A stretch of 64,000 bases of DNA from an uncultured Planctomycetales bacterium (GCA_964645795.1 CAZYCL010000001.1:95194-159193); one strand, 5' to 3'. Shown: positions 1 through 10,086, counted from the stretch's first letter. Notes: generated from the sequence alone by a model not told the origin. Made by a program: numbers and translations.

Positions 1-496
1 AGTTTGTTTTTCTGTCTCCCAAGGGAAACTTAACTTTTATAACCTTTGATATGGATTCATAATAAGAAACTGTATCGGTTACAGATAACGGAATTTCATC
101 AGTGTATCTTTTATAAGAATAGGCGAACCAGGCAAAGCCCAACGCCTCAATTGCCGTATGATAATCTCCATCTTTAAACGCTTTCTCGGCACAGCGGTAT
201 GCGACTAATGACATAGCAGGGTAATCCTTAAGGTAGTTGCATACTGTGCCGACAGCCTTGATTATTTCCTTATCGGCATAATTACTTAACTCAAGAGCAT
301 ATTTTAGGTAATAGAGACTGTCTTCCCAAAGACCGACAGACTTTGCCATTCTCATGGCAAGAATGCTTAAACCGAACGCCACCTCTCTTGTTTCTCCTGA
401 ATCAAGAAGGTTTTTTATGCCATCCGCATATTTAAGATGTTCGGCATGGATGAACTTATAGATATTTTGCCTATTATTCAATGAAAATCTCTCCAT
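1..496 (-). CDS. Hypothetical protein. N-terminal part only; the ORF runs off the left edge of the window
   Basis: Open reading frame on the minus strand from ATG at 494-496 (MERFSLNNRQNIYKF...) with no stop before position 1. Not in the ORF track because it is truncated. No recognisable motif. Confidence 0.35.
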   Translation of the reverse strand, partial: MERFSLNNRQNIYKFIHAEHLKYADGIKNLLDSGETREVAFGLSILAMRMAKSVGLWEDSLYYLKYALELSNYADKEIIKAVGTVCNYLKDYPAMSLVAYRCAEKAFKDGDYHTAIEALGFAWFAYSYKRYTDEIPLSVTDTVSYYESISKVIKVKFPLGDRKTN

Positions 497-499
497 AAA

Positions 500-1522
500 T
501 CAATCTTCAGCGAAATTACCTTCGATATCCTGGATATCTAGATTAAAAAATCTCTTCTTGCTGAGTTCGGCGCTTTTTACCAACTTCCAATAATTGTGCT
601 TCCAGGAACGATATTTCCAATCAGGGCAATTCTTGCATAATTCTAATTTGTGTCCCTGCTTATTCAAATGCATCTTTCTAAAATAGTTAAAACCCTCGCT
701 ATGCCAAATATCCTTAATCTGTTTTTCATGAACGTTTCCCATGTCAGTCGTAGCCCTGATATCAAAGCCGCAAACCATCACCTTGCCGCGCGAATCAATG
801 TTAAGCCGCTCAAATAGAAAGGGACATGGAATATGCTCCTCGGGTTCCAAATAGGGATGCGGATCTGCTGATTCCCCCGGATCACTTATATTCCAAGTAA
901 GGTATTTCCTTTTCTGTAGATTATCAACATAACGGCTCCAAAAACTTATTGCCTTATCGACATCGACCCCGACTTGGTTAATAATGCTGGCAATAATTTT
1001 TGTAGGGCTTTTTAATCTATCCCTGAGCTTGCGCATTCGTTTTACGTTTACCACGAGCTTATCCCAATCAAGCCCTTTTCGTACACGCGAATAAGTCGCG
1101 GGATCGCCGGCATCAACACTAAACTCAATCATATCGATACCCGCGTTAAGAAGACGGGTGCTATTCTCTTCGTTAAACAGTGAACCATTGGTAATAAGAC
1201 CGACCTTTGCACCGACCTTCTTAGCGTATTCAAAAAGCTCAACTGCCTTAGCATGCAGCATCGGTTCGCCTCCGCCGGAAATACGCAACCATGCCTTATA
1301 TTGGCCACATTGGTCAGCGATAATTTTGAACGTCTCTCCGGACATTATGGGGGTGTCTTTATAGGTTAAGCGGATATTCGAATTGGTATAAGGACAGTTG
1401 GGGCACCGTGCATTGCAGATATAAACGAACGAGAGTACGCACATCATGGGGAACTCTTCTGCCTCTGCCCTTACCCCATAATACGACTGAGTATGTTCTA
1501 TATCCTGGTTATTTTCCGTCAT
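500..1522 (-). CDS. Radical SAM enzyme with a C-terminal Cys-rich SPASM/twitch-like domain
   Basis: CNARCPNC (CxxxCxxC) near the N-terminus. C-terminal CPF..GKVMVC and CKNCPDW cysteine clusters. Paralogous in architecture to the 4277-5215 protein. Confidence 0.8.
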   Translation of the reverse strand: MTENNQDIEHTQSYYGVRAEAEEFPMMCVLSFVYICNARCPNCPYTNSNIRLTYKDTPIMSGETFKIIADQCGQYKAWLRISGGGEPMLHAKAVELFEYAKKVGAKVGLITNGSLFNEENSTRLLNAGIDMIEFSVDAGDPATYSRVRKGLDWDKLVVNVKRMRKLRDRLKSPTKIIASIINQVGVDVDKAISFWSRYVDNLQKRKYLTWNISDPGESADPHPYLEPEEHIPCPFLFERLNIDSRGKVMVCGFDIRATTDMGNVHEKQIKDIWHSEGFNYFRKMHLNKQGHKLELCKNCPDWKYRSWKHNYWKLVKSAELSKKRFFNLDIQDIEGNFAED

Positions 1523-1911
1523 TTTTTCTCAAAATTGATCGACTGAACCAATCTTTCTGCATGAACAAATCTTCAGATAACTCCTCTTTATCCTACCTTT
1601 ATTAAAAACGGACCTTTCATCTTAAAGATTAATTACAGTTGAAATAATTAAATCAATGCCTATTTTCAGATAACCCTCGCCAGGTCATTTGTCTTTCGGA
1701 ATTTAACCTTCTTCTCAAGCAATGCTAAACAAATTATATGCTCAAGAAAAGTCAAAATCATAATAAAAACGGTGCTTTTGCCATACGATCGCCACTTGTC
1801 AGAACCTTTACTTGATTTCTCCAGGGTAGACAACATTAAATTGTTATATCTCTCGATGCCTTGCTTTTGCTAAAGCGCGCTCTTAATAATGCTACCTTGT
1901 ATTTCATGACA

Positions 1912-2376
1912 TTAACCTTCTTTACCTGAAAGAGCGAAAGATTTAATATATTTGAAACCTTTACGTATGGCACCTTGATATTCTCTTCCTTCCATTCCCT
2001 TCTTAACAAATCCTTTTTTTTCGAAGGCTCTCTGCGCTATTGCATTCCCCTCCCATACCCAAGCCCACATAGAATTCAAACCACTCTTTTTGGCAACACC
2101 CTCTGCCAAATCAAGTAATTGAGAGCCCAAACCCTTACTTGGCTCATTCACGAAAAAAGCTAATTCGTTTTTACGCGCAAGATAAATAATCAAAACCCCC
2201 TGAAGGATATCGTCTTCTACTATGCCAATTATTTCGATATTGGCGTGCGCAAACCACTCTTTGGTCTGCTCTTCCTCTACTGGCTGAGTAATTAGTAGCT
2301 CTTTATATCTATTCCTCAGTTGAACGTATTGACTGATGAATTCTGGTTCATGTTTTAAGTCCACTACTCTCATCAT
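1912..2376 (-). CDS. GNAT-family N-acetyltransferase
   Basis: 154 aa. Central motif QGVLIIYLARKNELAFFVNEPSKGLGSQLL and C-terminal AFEKKGF are typical of the GNAT fold. Confidence 0.55.
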   Translation of the reverse strand: MMRVVDLKHEPEFISQYVQLRNRYKELLITQPVEEEQTKEWFAHANIEIIGIVEDDILQGVLIIYLARKNELAFFVNEPSKGLGSQLLDLAEGVAKKSGLNSMWAWVWEGNAIAQRAFEKKGFVKKGMEGREYQGAIRKGFKYIKSFALSGKEG

Positions 2377-2406
2377 TACTAATCTCGAAATACTGTCTTT
2401 AATAAG

Positions 2407-4269
2407 TTAATTAAAATACGTCTCCCACCAGAGCTGGAACATCATAAGGTTCCAGATATGGCCTGCAAGCCTTTTCTCCCCTAAATAATAGGCCTTAACC
2501 ATAGAGGTAACGGCATCCGACTTGAAATAGCCGTGTTTCTTAAGTCTTTCCTTTGACAGAACGCCTAAAACATAGTTCTTAATATCGCCTCTTAACCAAT
2601 CAAAGATAGGCAAAACAAAACCTTCTTTAGCCCGTGCTGTAATACCTTCAGGCAATAAATCTTTGACCGCCTCTTTAAGGATATATTTGACAACGGCGCC
2701 TTTAATTTTCATAGCATCGGGAACGGTTGCGCAAAACTCTACCAGCCGATGGTCTAAAAAGGGGGAGCGGATTTCGACTGAATGTGCCATTGATAAAAAA
2801 TCAACAAATGCCAATACCTGATCCGGAAGCTGCGTATTCCATTCCATCTCCAATATTCTATTAAGAGGACTGCGAGCAGAAAGACCGTTAAAATACGAAG
2901 AAATGAAACCGAGGCTTGATATTTCTTTTAAATTAGCCTTAAATTTATCGCTTAACAAATTGTCTTTTTCCGAATCGGAAAAAAGATATAACATGTACCG
3001 CCATTTGACTTCGTCGCCATTACTCTTCATAAACAAATTACACAGAAAATCCATCTCGCAAGGCTTAAATAGATTCCTCTCATCATCGCTAAGCGTACCG
3101 CTGCAAATTTTCTCGTAAAGCCGCTGATAATGGAACATCGGCTGCGCTACGCGATGCGTAAGATAGCTGCCGAACAATTCGTCTGCAGCATCTCCGGAAA
3201 GCGCGACTTTCACGTGTTTGCTAATAAGCTTAGTGAGAAAATATGTGGAAATAGTTCCGGAAAAAGGCTGATCGAAACTGGCCACAACACAAGGGAGTTC
3301 ATTAACTAATTCATTATGCGACATAATATATTCATAATGTTCGGTATGGAAGCGCTTTGAAACTTTCCGTGAGAAAAATAGATCAGCTTCCTTGTTCTTT
3401 AACTCATCTTCATAACCCAAGGAAAATGTCTTTACCGGCTGATTGGTAAATTGTGCCATCAGAGCGACAACGGTACTGGAATCAACGCCGCCACTTAGAT
3501 ACGCCCCAAACGGAACATCACAGTTCATGCGTAGCCTTACCGCATCTCCAAGAAGCGAAAGGATGTTCTTTTTTACAAATGCTTCCTCATAATCTTTATT
3601 TTCGTCAAATTTTACTTTCCACCAACGTGAAATAGCAGTTCCGCCGTTAACGAATGTCAAAATACTGCCGGGGTCTAGTGCAAATATATTCTTGTAGGCC
3701 GTTAGTGGAGCAGGGACATGCTTAAAAGTAAAGTAATGATGAAGAGCCTCGTAATTAATCTCCTGGGAATACGACGGGTAAGTAAGAATGCTTTTTATCT
3801 CCGAGGCAAAGACGAGGTTTCCGCCGATCTGAGAATAAAAGAGCGGCTTTACGCCCATGCGGTCCCTGACAAGAACAAGCCTGTCTCTGTTTTTGTCCCA
3901 AAGCGCAATGGCGAACATGCCGTTAAGTTTATGGCAAAAGTCAAGACCATATGCCTCATAAAGGTGCACGATTACTTCGGTATCAGAATGGTGTGTATAA
4001 AAACGGTGGCCCTTTTCTTCCAGCTCTTTGCGCAAGCTGCTAAAATTATAGATCTCGCCGTTAAAGACTAACCAAATACTGCTGTCTTCATTGTGGATCG
4101 GTTGGTGTCCGCTTGCTATGTCGATAATACTTAACCTCCGGATGCCCAGGTTGATCTTCCCGTCGGAAAACAACCCTTCTTCATCCGGGCCGCGGTGGAG
4201 CAGGGAATCCGTCATCCTCTGTAAAACCGTCCTGTTATTTTTTCCTGTAAATCCGCAAATCCCGCACAT
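2407..4269 (-). CDS. Asparagine synthetase (glutamine-hydrolysing)-like amidotransferase; PseA-like candidate for acetamidino formation on a nonulosonic acid
   Basis: Begins MCGICGF (Cys2 Ntn nucleophile). Carries the SGGVDSS PP-loop ATP-pyrophosphatase motif. 620 aa. AsnB homologues in flagellin glycosylation islands (PseA) make Pse5Am. Confidence 0.85.
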   Translation of the reverse strand: MCGICGFTGKNNRTVLQRMTDSLLHRGPDEEGLFSDGKINLGIRRLSIIDIASGHQPIHNEDSSIWLVFNGEIYNFSSLRKELEEKGHRFYTHHSDTEVIVHLYEAYGLDFCHKLNGMFAIALWDKNRDRLVLVRDRMGVKPLFYSQIGGNLVFASEIKSILTYPSYSQEINYEALHHYFTFKHVPAPLTAYKNIFALDPGSILTFVNGGTAISRWWKVKFDENKDYEEAFVKKNILSLLGDAVRLRMNCDVPFGAYLSGGVDSSTVVALMAQFTNQPVKTFSLGYEDELKNKEADLFFSRKVSKRFHTEHYEYIMSHNELVNELPCVVASFDQPFSGTISTYFLTKLISKHVKVALSGDAADELFGSYLTHRVAQPMFHYQRLYEKICSGTLSDDERNLFKPCEMDFLCNLFMKSNGDEVKWRYMLYLFSDSEKDNLLSDKFKANLKEISSLGFISSYFNGLSARSPLNRILEMEWNTQLPDQVLAFVDFLSMAHSVEIRSPFLDHRLVEFCATVPDAMKIKGAVVKYILKEAVKDLLPEGITARAKEGFVLPIFDWLRGDIKNYVLGVLSKERLKKHGYFKSDAVTSMVKAYYLGEKRLAGHIWNLMMFQLWWETYFN

Positions 4270-4276
4270 AAAACAT

Positions 4277-5215
4277 CTAAGGGTTAAGGCTGTGGTAATC
4301 TGCCTTTGCAGACTGCCAATCTCGGCATTCTCTGCAATTCTCAGGCAAAAGATGAAATCTGCCCTGTTTATGTTTATCCCGTAATTCCTTAAGCGGACCG
4401 TTCCATATCTCTTTTATAGAGTTTATATTCAGGTCTCCTGCGATATAGCGGGCATCCAGATCAACCGCACAGGTAACGACTTTTCCGGTATCGGTAATCG
4501 ATAGCGTCTGCATTGCCCAATAGCACGGCCAGCGCTCTTGGTTGCCAAGGACAAGATTCGGCGCATCCACCATCCCGGCCCAGCTTACCTTAGGCCGGAC
4601 TTTTACAATAGCGCCTTCTTTAGTCCAGAAATCAACAAAGGCATCCAATTCATGCCTGTTTTCGTTCATCTCAACAAATTGAACAAAGACCTTAGGTCTG
4701 TTGTAGCCTAATTCTTTCTTAAGGGCTATAAGCCTTTTTACATTACAAACCACCTTTTTGTAATCCCCACCGACTCTTATCCTAGCGTAATTATCGGAGC
4801 TAAAAGCATCAATTCCCACATAAACTGCGTCTAGCCCTGAAGCGATGAGCTTTTTTGCTGCGTCTTCATCGAGAAGGTTGGCATTGGAGTTCATCACCAC
4901 GTTGGCAAGCCCCTTATCCTTGGCATACCTGATCATGTCAAATATGCTAGGACTTGTTTTCTTAAGGATCAGCGCTTCCCCAAAAAATACCATCCAGACG
5001 CGTATATTCTTATTATTTAATGCAATCTCATTGATGATGCTGGTAAACAACTGCCAAGACATAATCCCTTTTTTACGCGTCATGTTCCTGTGCATACACA
5101 TCGCACAGCGAAGGTCGCAAAGACTCACCGTATCAATAAGTACGACAGCGGGAAAACCCCCGCTATCTTCTATCCTGCCGACATCCCGTACGTTGAAATA
5201 GGTGCGCCCCGTCAT
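4277..5215 (-). CDS. Radical SAM enzyme with a SPASM/twitch-like C-terminus; paralog of the 500-1522 protein
   Basis: CDLRCAMC CxxxCxxC motif. C-terminal CYW..GKVVTC and CRECRDW clusters. Confidence 0.8.
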   Translation of the reverse strand: MTGRTYFNVRDVGRIEDSGGFPAVVLIDTVSLCDLRCAMCMHRNMTRKKGIMSWQLFTSIINEIALNNKNIRVWMVFFGEALILKKTSPSIFDMIRYAKDKGLANVVMNSNANLLDEDAAKKLIASGLDAVYVGIDAFSSDNYARIRVGGDYKKVVCNVKRLIALKKELGYNRPKVFVQFVEMNENRHELDAFVDFWTKEGAIVKVRPKVSWAGMVDAPNLVLGNQERWPCYWAMQTLSITDTGKVVTCAVDLDARYIAGDLNINSIKEIWNGPLKELRDKHKQGRFHLLPENCRECRDWQSAKADYHSLNP

Positions 5216-5249
5216 CTATCTACTTTCAAATTTTTCTACGACAAAACAA

Positions 5250-5813
5250 CTATTTAACTTTTAACATTATTCTGTCAGCCATATCTTTAAGCCAGGGAAG
5301 AAATACGTATTCGAGGGAATCCGCCAAAAGGGTGTAATCCCTATTCTGGTATGCCTCGTTTATATCTTTCAGGCAATTAATCAAAGCGGCATAATCAAGG
5401 TCGTAATCTTCCCCTGAATTCAATTCAACCGCGCGCAGCCCCGTCGTAACGGTGCTGATGAGCGGAAGGATCCTGATGTATTCTTCGAGCGCGTTTTTTT
5501 CATCGCCTTTTCTTAATAAAGTAACGACATCTTTCAAGTCCCGCGCAAGATTGGGGAGATTGGCGATAATCTCCTTCAGGGCATCCTGGAGCAATTGCGC
5601 CTTGGGTTTGGTGCAAAGATTCATCGTTTTAACATTGTCCGGGCTGATCGCCGCTAGTTCATGCGGCGCCTTTTCCTTGCCGTCAACTTCAATCTTATAG
5701 ATGAGCTTCTCGGAAGAAGTGACTGCGCTTTTGGCGTAGTCAAAAACTTCCTTCAGGTTATTCATGCCCTCCAGAGACACGCACAACTCGTTGTTATCCA
5801 CTATTATTTTCAT
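5250..5813 (-). CDS. Hypothetical protein
   Basis: ATG at 5811-5813 (MKIIVDNNELCV...) is preceded by GGAGGAAGC. The longer track ORF start lacks an RBS. No recognisable domain. Confidence 0.45.
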   Translation of the reverse strand: MKIIVDNNELCVSLEGMNNLKEVFDYAKSAVTSSEKLIYKIEVDGKEKAPHELAAISPDNVKTMNLCTKPKAQLLQDALKEIIANLPNLARDLKDVVTLLRKGDEKNALEEYIRILPLISTVTTGLRAVELNSGEDYDLDYAALINCLKDINEAYQNRDYTLLADSLEYVFLPWLKDMADRIMLKVK

Positions 5814-5915
5814 GCTTCCTCCTCTTTCCTTGTTCATACTTTACTCGGTAAAAATTCACGGATCCGCTTTTTGCCAAAAACGCTTAAAAGATTAACGTGC
5901 CCTAAAGGCAAATTA

Positions 5916-7775
5916 CTATAGAATGAAAAATCTCCTTATCCCGCAGGAAACCAGCATCGAGTAAAACGACTGCCGGACAAGCTGCAGGCTTGCGCGCAGT
6001 TTTTTTAAAACATCCGACATGCGCAGGATGACCTCGCTGTGGCCCTTAGCCTTGATACGGTTGGTCTCAACCGCTATTCGCATGGACTCTATATCATTTT
6101 TTATCCTATAATCCAGCAAGCTAAGCGTCTTATAGCGGAAAAGCTCGTAGAAATATCCTTGAGTTGCCGCAAAAATACGTTTCTCCTGTTTAGGGGAGAA
6201 ATCCTTCTCGTTCTTGATATAAGCGGCTGCATCGGCCAGGACAGATTCGCCTTTCTTAAGGGAACCGTCGAGCGCCTTGAGCTCCCGCAGGGCCTTTTTA
6301 GCCTTACGGATATACCCCGCATCGAGAACCGGACGGATCTTGCCAAGGCTCTGCTTAAATATAGGGCCTGTATCGAAAGGCGCATTTTTTACGAAGCCAT
6401 CAAATACTTCATCGAGGGTCATGAGCCGCGCACCCTCTATCCTGGCGCCGCCGGCAGTAGCATTGATGAAAGCAATATCGGGAAACCTCCTGATATAACC
6501 CTCCATCCATCGCAAGAATATATAGAAGTAGCGGAAGGTCACCACCTTATCCTCGTAGTTACCTATGGCCTTCATATAATTTATATCATCGGGCCCTATG
6601 TTATAACGCTTATCCTCATGCATGGTGCCTTTGGCGTGAGAACGGTCATTCTCCAGGCAAAGATCCTGACCCACGAAAACAATGGGGTTAAGCCCCAATT
6701 TTACCGCCAGATCCAAGGCGCAGTTAGCTACCGATCCCCCTGATTCAAGATACATCTTCTCTGCCGTTTCCTTTCCCAGCATATAACTTAAAAACGGATT
6801 GGCCATGGAATCAAAAAAGAAGACCCGCGGATAAAACATGGAGACGATCTTAGGAGAGAGGCAGATCTCGGCAAAAAGCCACATGCCGGATGTATCCGTT
6901 ATCCCCTCAAGCTGCTTAAGGACGATGTCGGAAGCATCCAGTACGACCACTATATCCGGCTTGATCCCGTTATTAACCAGAGGCCTTAATGATGTCCCTA
7001 CGCTTATGATAACCGCCTTGGATTGAAATTTCTTGAGTTGCCCGATATTTTTATCCAGAGAAGGACCTGCGGCCACGATAACCCCGGTCCTATCTTTAAA
7101 CGATTTAAAAATAACAGATAAAGGAACGGATTTTAAAGCATCCGGAAGGTTGGTCAAAGAGTTGCTTTCCCAATAAGGCGCCAATTCGTCTATCGCGTTA
7201 TAATCACAGAGTTTGCGCGATGTCACGGTATTTATAAAATCAAGCACCCGGGTAAAATAACCTTCGAATACCCTGCGGTAAGCCGATAGATAAATAATCT
7301 CGGTTTTATAGAGCCCGCTGATTAGATGCGGCGCTATGGCATCTATCATCTTCTGGGGATCGGGATCAACGAAAAGGAGGATGCGCGGATTGGACAGAAT
7401 TTCGCTAAGATCGCCATGGGTAAGCGCGGACTTGAAGATCTCAAGAGAAGGCTCTATGATACAGATGGTGCCGTTAATTTGGGCGCTTTTACGCAGTTGA
7501 TCCACAAGATAGCCAAAACCCATGCCCAGCACAAAAATCACCTGCGTATCCGACAGATCCCTATCTGCCAGCAGATTAAAGGCCTCCTTTACCGGGTCAA
7601 ACAGGCTGTGAAACAGTATCCTTGGCTTATCCTCTGCCCTATAGAAGAAGGTCGCCAGGCCCCGCCGGCTCATCCGGACTTCGATGGATCCCTCAGGCGA
7701 AACGCCTTCAAGCCGTTCAGCAAGCTTTGCGTTGACCCTTTTTAACTCCTCGATATTCTTTGCATAATAGTCCAT
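5916..7775 (-). CDS. maf: Motility accessory factor (Maf, DUF115/MptE-like); putative flagellin nonulosonic-acid transferase
   Basis: Central VIVAAGPSLDKNIG...DIVVVLDASD block typical of DUF115. About 620 aa and located next to fliD. Start chosen at the internal Met (MDYYAKNIEELK) so that it abuts the upstream small ORF. Confidence 0.65.
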   Translation of the reverse strand: MDYYAKNIEELKRVNAKLAERLEGVSPEGSIEVRMSRRGLATFFYRAEDKPRILFHSLFDPVKEAFNLLADRDLSDTQVIFVLGMGFGYLVDQLRKSAQINGTICIIEPSLEIFKSALTHGDLSEILSNPRILLFVDPDPQKMIDAIAPHLISGLYKTEIIYLSAYRRVFEGYFTRVLDFINTVTSRKLCDYNAIDELAPYWESNSLTNLPDALKSVPLSVIFKSFKDRTGVIVAAGPSLDKNIGQLKKFQSKAVIISVGTSLRPLVNNGIKPDIVVVLDASDIVLKQLEGITDTSGMWLFAEICLSPKIVSMFYPRVFFFDSMANPFLSYMLGKETAEKMYLESGGSVANCALDLAVKLGLNPIVFVGQDLCLENDRSHAKGTMHEDKRYNIGPDDINYMKAIGNYEDKVVTFRYFYIFLRWMEGYIRRFPDIAFINATAGGARIEGARLMTLDEVFDGFVKNAPFDTGPIFKQSLGKIRPVLDAGYIRKAKKALRELKALDGSLKKGESVLADAAAYIKNEKDFSPKQEKRIFAATQGYFYELFRYKTLSLLDYRIKNDIESMRIAVETNRIKAKGHSEVILRMSDVLKKLRASLQLVRQSFYSMLVSCGIRRFFIL

Positions 7776-7981
7776 TAGATCAAAAAGAAACCTCCCCCCA
7801 CTCCGCGCCTTACGCCGATGAGCTTTATCTGTTTTAGTTTGCCGACGCATCTTCTGACATAGGCAGGATTGACATTGAGGCTGCGGGATAGATCGAAACT
7901 AGATACGGGACTGCGGTAGCAGGCGTTTTTCTCCCTTAATTCTTTGATTATTTCCTGCTGAAGAAAGCTAAGTCTATACAT
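7775..7981 (-). CDS. Small putative winged-helix DNA-binding protein
   Basis: 68 aa. The stretch DLSRSLNVNPAYVRRCVGKLKQIKLIGVRRGVGGGFFL resembles an Rrf2/MarR-like recognition helix plus wing. No clear RBS. Confidence 0.3.
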   Translation of the reverse strand: MYRLSFLQQEIIKELREKNACYRSPVSSFDLSRSLNVNPAYVRRCVGKLKQIKLIGVRRGVGGGFFLI

Positions 7982-8090
7982 AAGCTTACTAAAAGATACA
8001 AATACTTACACAAGGTAACATTTTAAAAGAAAATTCTTCTCCTTAATATAGCCATGTTCTACAACTCTTTAGGGCTGTAAGGGATTTTTG

Positions 8091-9479
8091 TTAATCAAAG
8101 CTTGGAATTAAACTGTAGCCGCCAAGAGACGCCATAAGAGTCTGGTTCTTGGTCAGAAGGCTATCTAAAGCGGTAAACTTAAGGATCAATACCTGCTGAT
8201 ATGACTCAAGCGCGCGTTCTTTCGCGGCTATCAGATCCTCCAGCCGCTTAACGCTGTCGGAATAAGACAACTGGCTATTTTGCAGGGCGCCCGTAGAAGA
8301 GGCAGTCAGGTCAATATAATCGTTTAGGCGCACAGCCACGCCCGTAGTGGCGGTATTAAATATGGCTTTTACGTCAGAGAGGTTTGCCTGAAGGGCGCTC
8401 TCCAGCTTATCGCTGTCTGTTATGGCAAGGGTGCCTTCTTTGTCCACCTCGATACCTATCACGCCCAGGGAGTTATAATCGCTGGTTATGCCGCTGACGA
8501 CATCGGTCATCAGGGAACGTAAGTCATAGCGAAGTTCACGCACCACGGGATTATTGATGAGCACGCCCATTTGCTTTGTTTCGGTATCATAGGCGCTTAC
8601 CTCTTTGGCGAAGCTGATCACCTCGTTGTAGGCATCGATAAATGACTGGATCTTCTCCGTGATGTTTTCGGTATCCGTAGAGACCTCGACTACCGCCGCT
8701 CCCGTGCTTTTCAGATTCAGCGTAACCTCTCCTATCGCATCGGAAATCACGTTGGAGCTGCGCTGTATACTCAGGGAATCTACGGTCAAAAGCGCATCCT
8801 GCGCCGCCTGGAGCTCATTAAGGAACGCGTTGCTTGCGTCAATTACCTGGCCCGTCTGCAATAAGCTGCCGGTTAGGTCCTGCATGGTCATAGCATTGGT
8901 CAGCCCGGTTTCACCGGAAGTTATCACCAGCCGCGCAGAAGAGCCGGTTTCGTTAACGACAATAGCGGTAGCGTGCGCGCCGGAAGAGTTGATCGCAGTA
9001 GCTATATTAGTAAGCACGGTCTGGTTTGAATCCCCGGCATTAACATCTAAATTAATATCGGTATCCACGCCGTTTATGCTAAGCCTAAACTGCATTGTCC
9101 CTGTACCGGCATCTGAGATGTCCGTGCCGGCGGCGGAAAACTGCGCAGATGCCACCTTATGTTGAGCGGCAAGCTGAGTAATATTGACGTTATACGTCCC
9201 AGAAGCCGCCACTTCCGTGGCAGCAACGCTAACGCGCGACTCGTCAGAGCTGGTCGCGGCCTTAGCTAAAAACGCAGTGCCGCTTTCAAAAGACAAGATC
9301 TTGCTTTTCAAGTAGGAAAGCTTGTTGATTATCTCGCTTAGGGCAGTGCTCTGTTTTTGGGTCGTGGACATTCTTTCTTCTAACGGCGTAATTTGCTGGC
9401 TGCGCCAATTGTTGACCAGGGCCTCAATGATCGCAGAGGTATCCACGCTGCTTCCTAAACTTATGCCGTTAACTAACAT
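8091..9479 (-). CDS. fliD: Flagellar filament cap protein FliD (HAP2)
   Basis: N-terminus GISLGSSVDTSAIIEALVNNWRSQQITPLE... and C-terminal heptad region are typical of FliD. Follows flaG. Confidence 0.85.
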   Translation of the reverse strand: MLVNGISLGSSVDTSAIIEALVNNWRSQQITPLEERMSTTQKQSTALSEIINKLSYLKSKILSFESGTAFLAKAATSSDESRVSVAATEVAASGTYNVNITQLAAQHKVASAQFSAAGTDISDAGTGTMQFRLSINGVDTDINLDVNAGDSNQTVLTNIATAINSSGAHATAIVVNETGSSARLVITSGETGLTNAMTMQDLTGSLLQTGQVIDASNAFLNELQAAQDALLTVDSLSIQRSSNVISDAIGEVTLNLKSTGAAVVEVSTDTENITEKIQSFIDAYNEVISFAKEVSAYDTETKQMGVLINNPVVRELRYDLRSLMTDVVSGITSDYNSLGVIGIEVDKEGTLAITDSDKLESALQANLSDVKAIFNTATTGVAVRLNDYIDLTASSTGALQNSQLSYSDSVKRLEDLIAAKERALESYQQVLILKFTALDSLLTKNQTLMASLGGYSLIPSFD

Positions 9480-9503
9480 GGGAACTGCTCCTTTCTAAAA
9501 ACC

Positions 9504-10001
9504 TCAAGCAAGGATATCGGTGATGACCGCTGTTTGCGTTAAATTCGCGTTAAGCCCAAAACTCTGAGAAGTTTCTCCTGAATCCAGCTCACCCGTACCC
9601 CTGGCCATTAAGATGCGCAAGAGAATATGCAAAGGTATGGTCGTGACCTGGCGATTGGTAATTTTATCAAAAATACGCACCAACTGCTTGCTTTCTTTGG
9701 TTAAAATCAACTCGAAACGCAAACCAAACCTTCCCGTAATCTCCTTGATTTTTTGCATCAGCTCCTGGATCTTCTTTTCGTCATTCTCGCCCAATTTAGC
9801 CTCAAGGCCTTCGATCTTCTTAAGAAGCTCGGCTATCTTCTCAAACCCTATGTCTTTTAATAACTCGCGAAGCGAATTCTTTACCGAAGCTTTTCTATTA
9901 AAGACTTTTTTAGGCGTGTATTCGGTGCCCAGATAGTCAACTTCTACCTGTTGAGTCACCGCTTTAGCCGCAGTTTCCTTTATAACCTCTATCCCGTCCA
10001 T
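9504..10001 (-). CDS. flaG: FlaG family flagellar protein
   Basis: 165 aa acidic protein between the flagellin gene and fliD. The C-terminal VRIFDKITNRQVTTIPLHILLRI segment is FlaG-like. Confidence 0.55.
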   Translation of the reverse strand: MDGIEVIKETAAKAVTQQVEVDYLGTEYTPKKVFNRKASVKNSLRELLKDIGFEKIAELLKKIEGLEAKLGENDEKKIQELMQKIKEITGRFGLRFELILTKESKQLVRIFDKITNRQVTTIPLHILLRILMARGTGELDSGETSQSFGLNANLTQTAVITDILA

Positions 10002-10029
10002 GGTAACCTCTTCTTTGCCCGCCCTGATA

Positions 10030-10066
10030 TATTATAATGACGGCTGGGGGAATAAATCCCCCCAGC
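10030..10066 (-). terminator. Probable intrinsic terminator after the flagellin gene
   Basis: GCUGGGGGG-AUUUAUU-CCCCCCAGC hairpin on the minus-strand transcript, followed by an A/U-rich tract, about 20 nt after the flagellin stop. Confidence 0.4.
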
Positions 10067-10086
10067 ACTTAAAACACCTCTACCTG

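Noticed and set aside
1523-1911. Possible CRISPR array or ncRNA in the 389-nt AT-rich gap
   Set aside because: No direct repeats or convincing conserved-structure signals. It is more likely the promoter/terminator region between two operon segments.
6039-6743. 234-aa plus-strand ORF, and many other plus-strand ORFs of 60-250 aa (e.g. 22874-23626, 56680-57285, 59050-59595, 9613-9936)
   Set aside because: All lie antisense to, and fully inside, strongly supported minus-strand genes (Maf, radical SAM, FliP, MotB, FlaG). They have no motifs, low-complexity composition and no RBS, so they are shadow ORFs.
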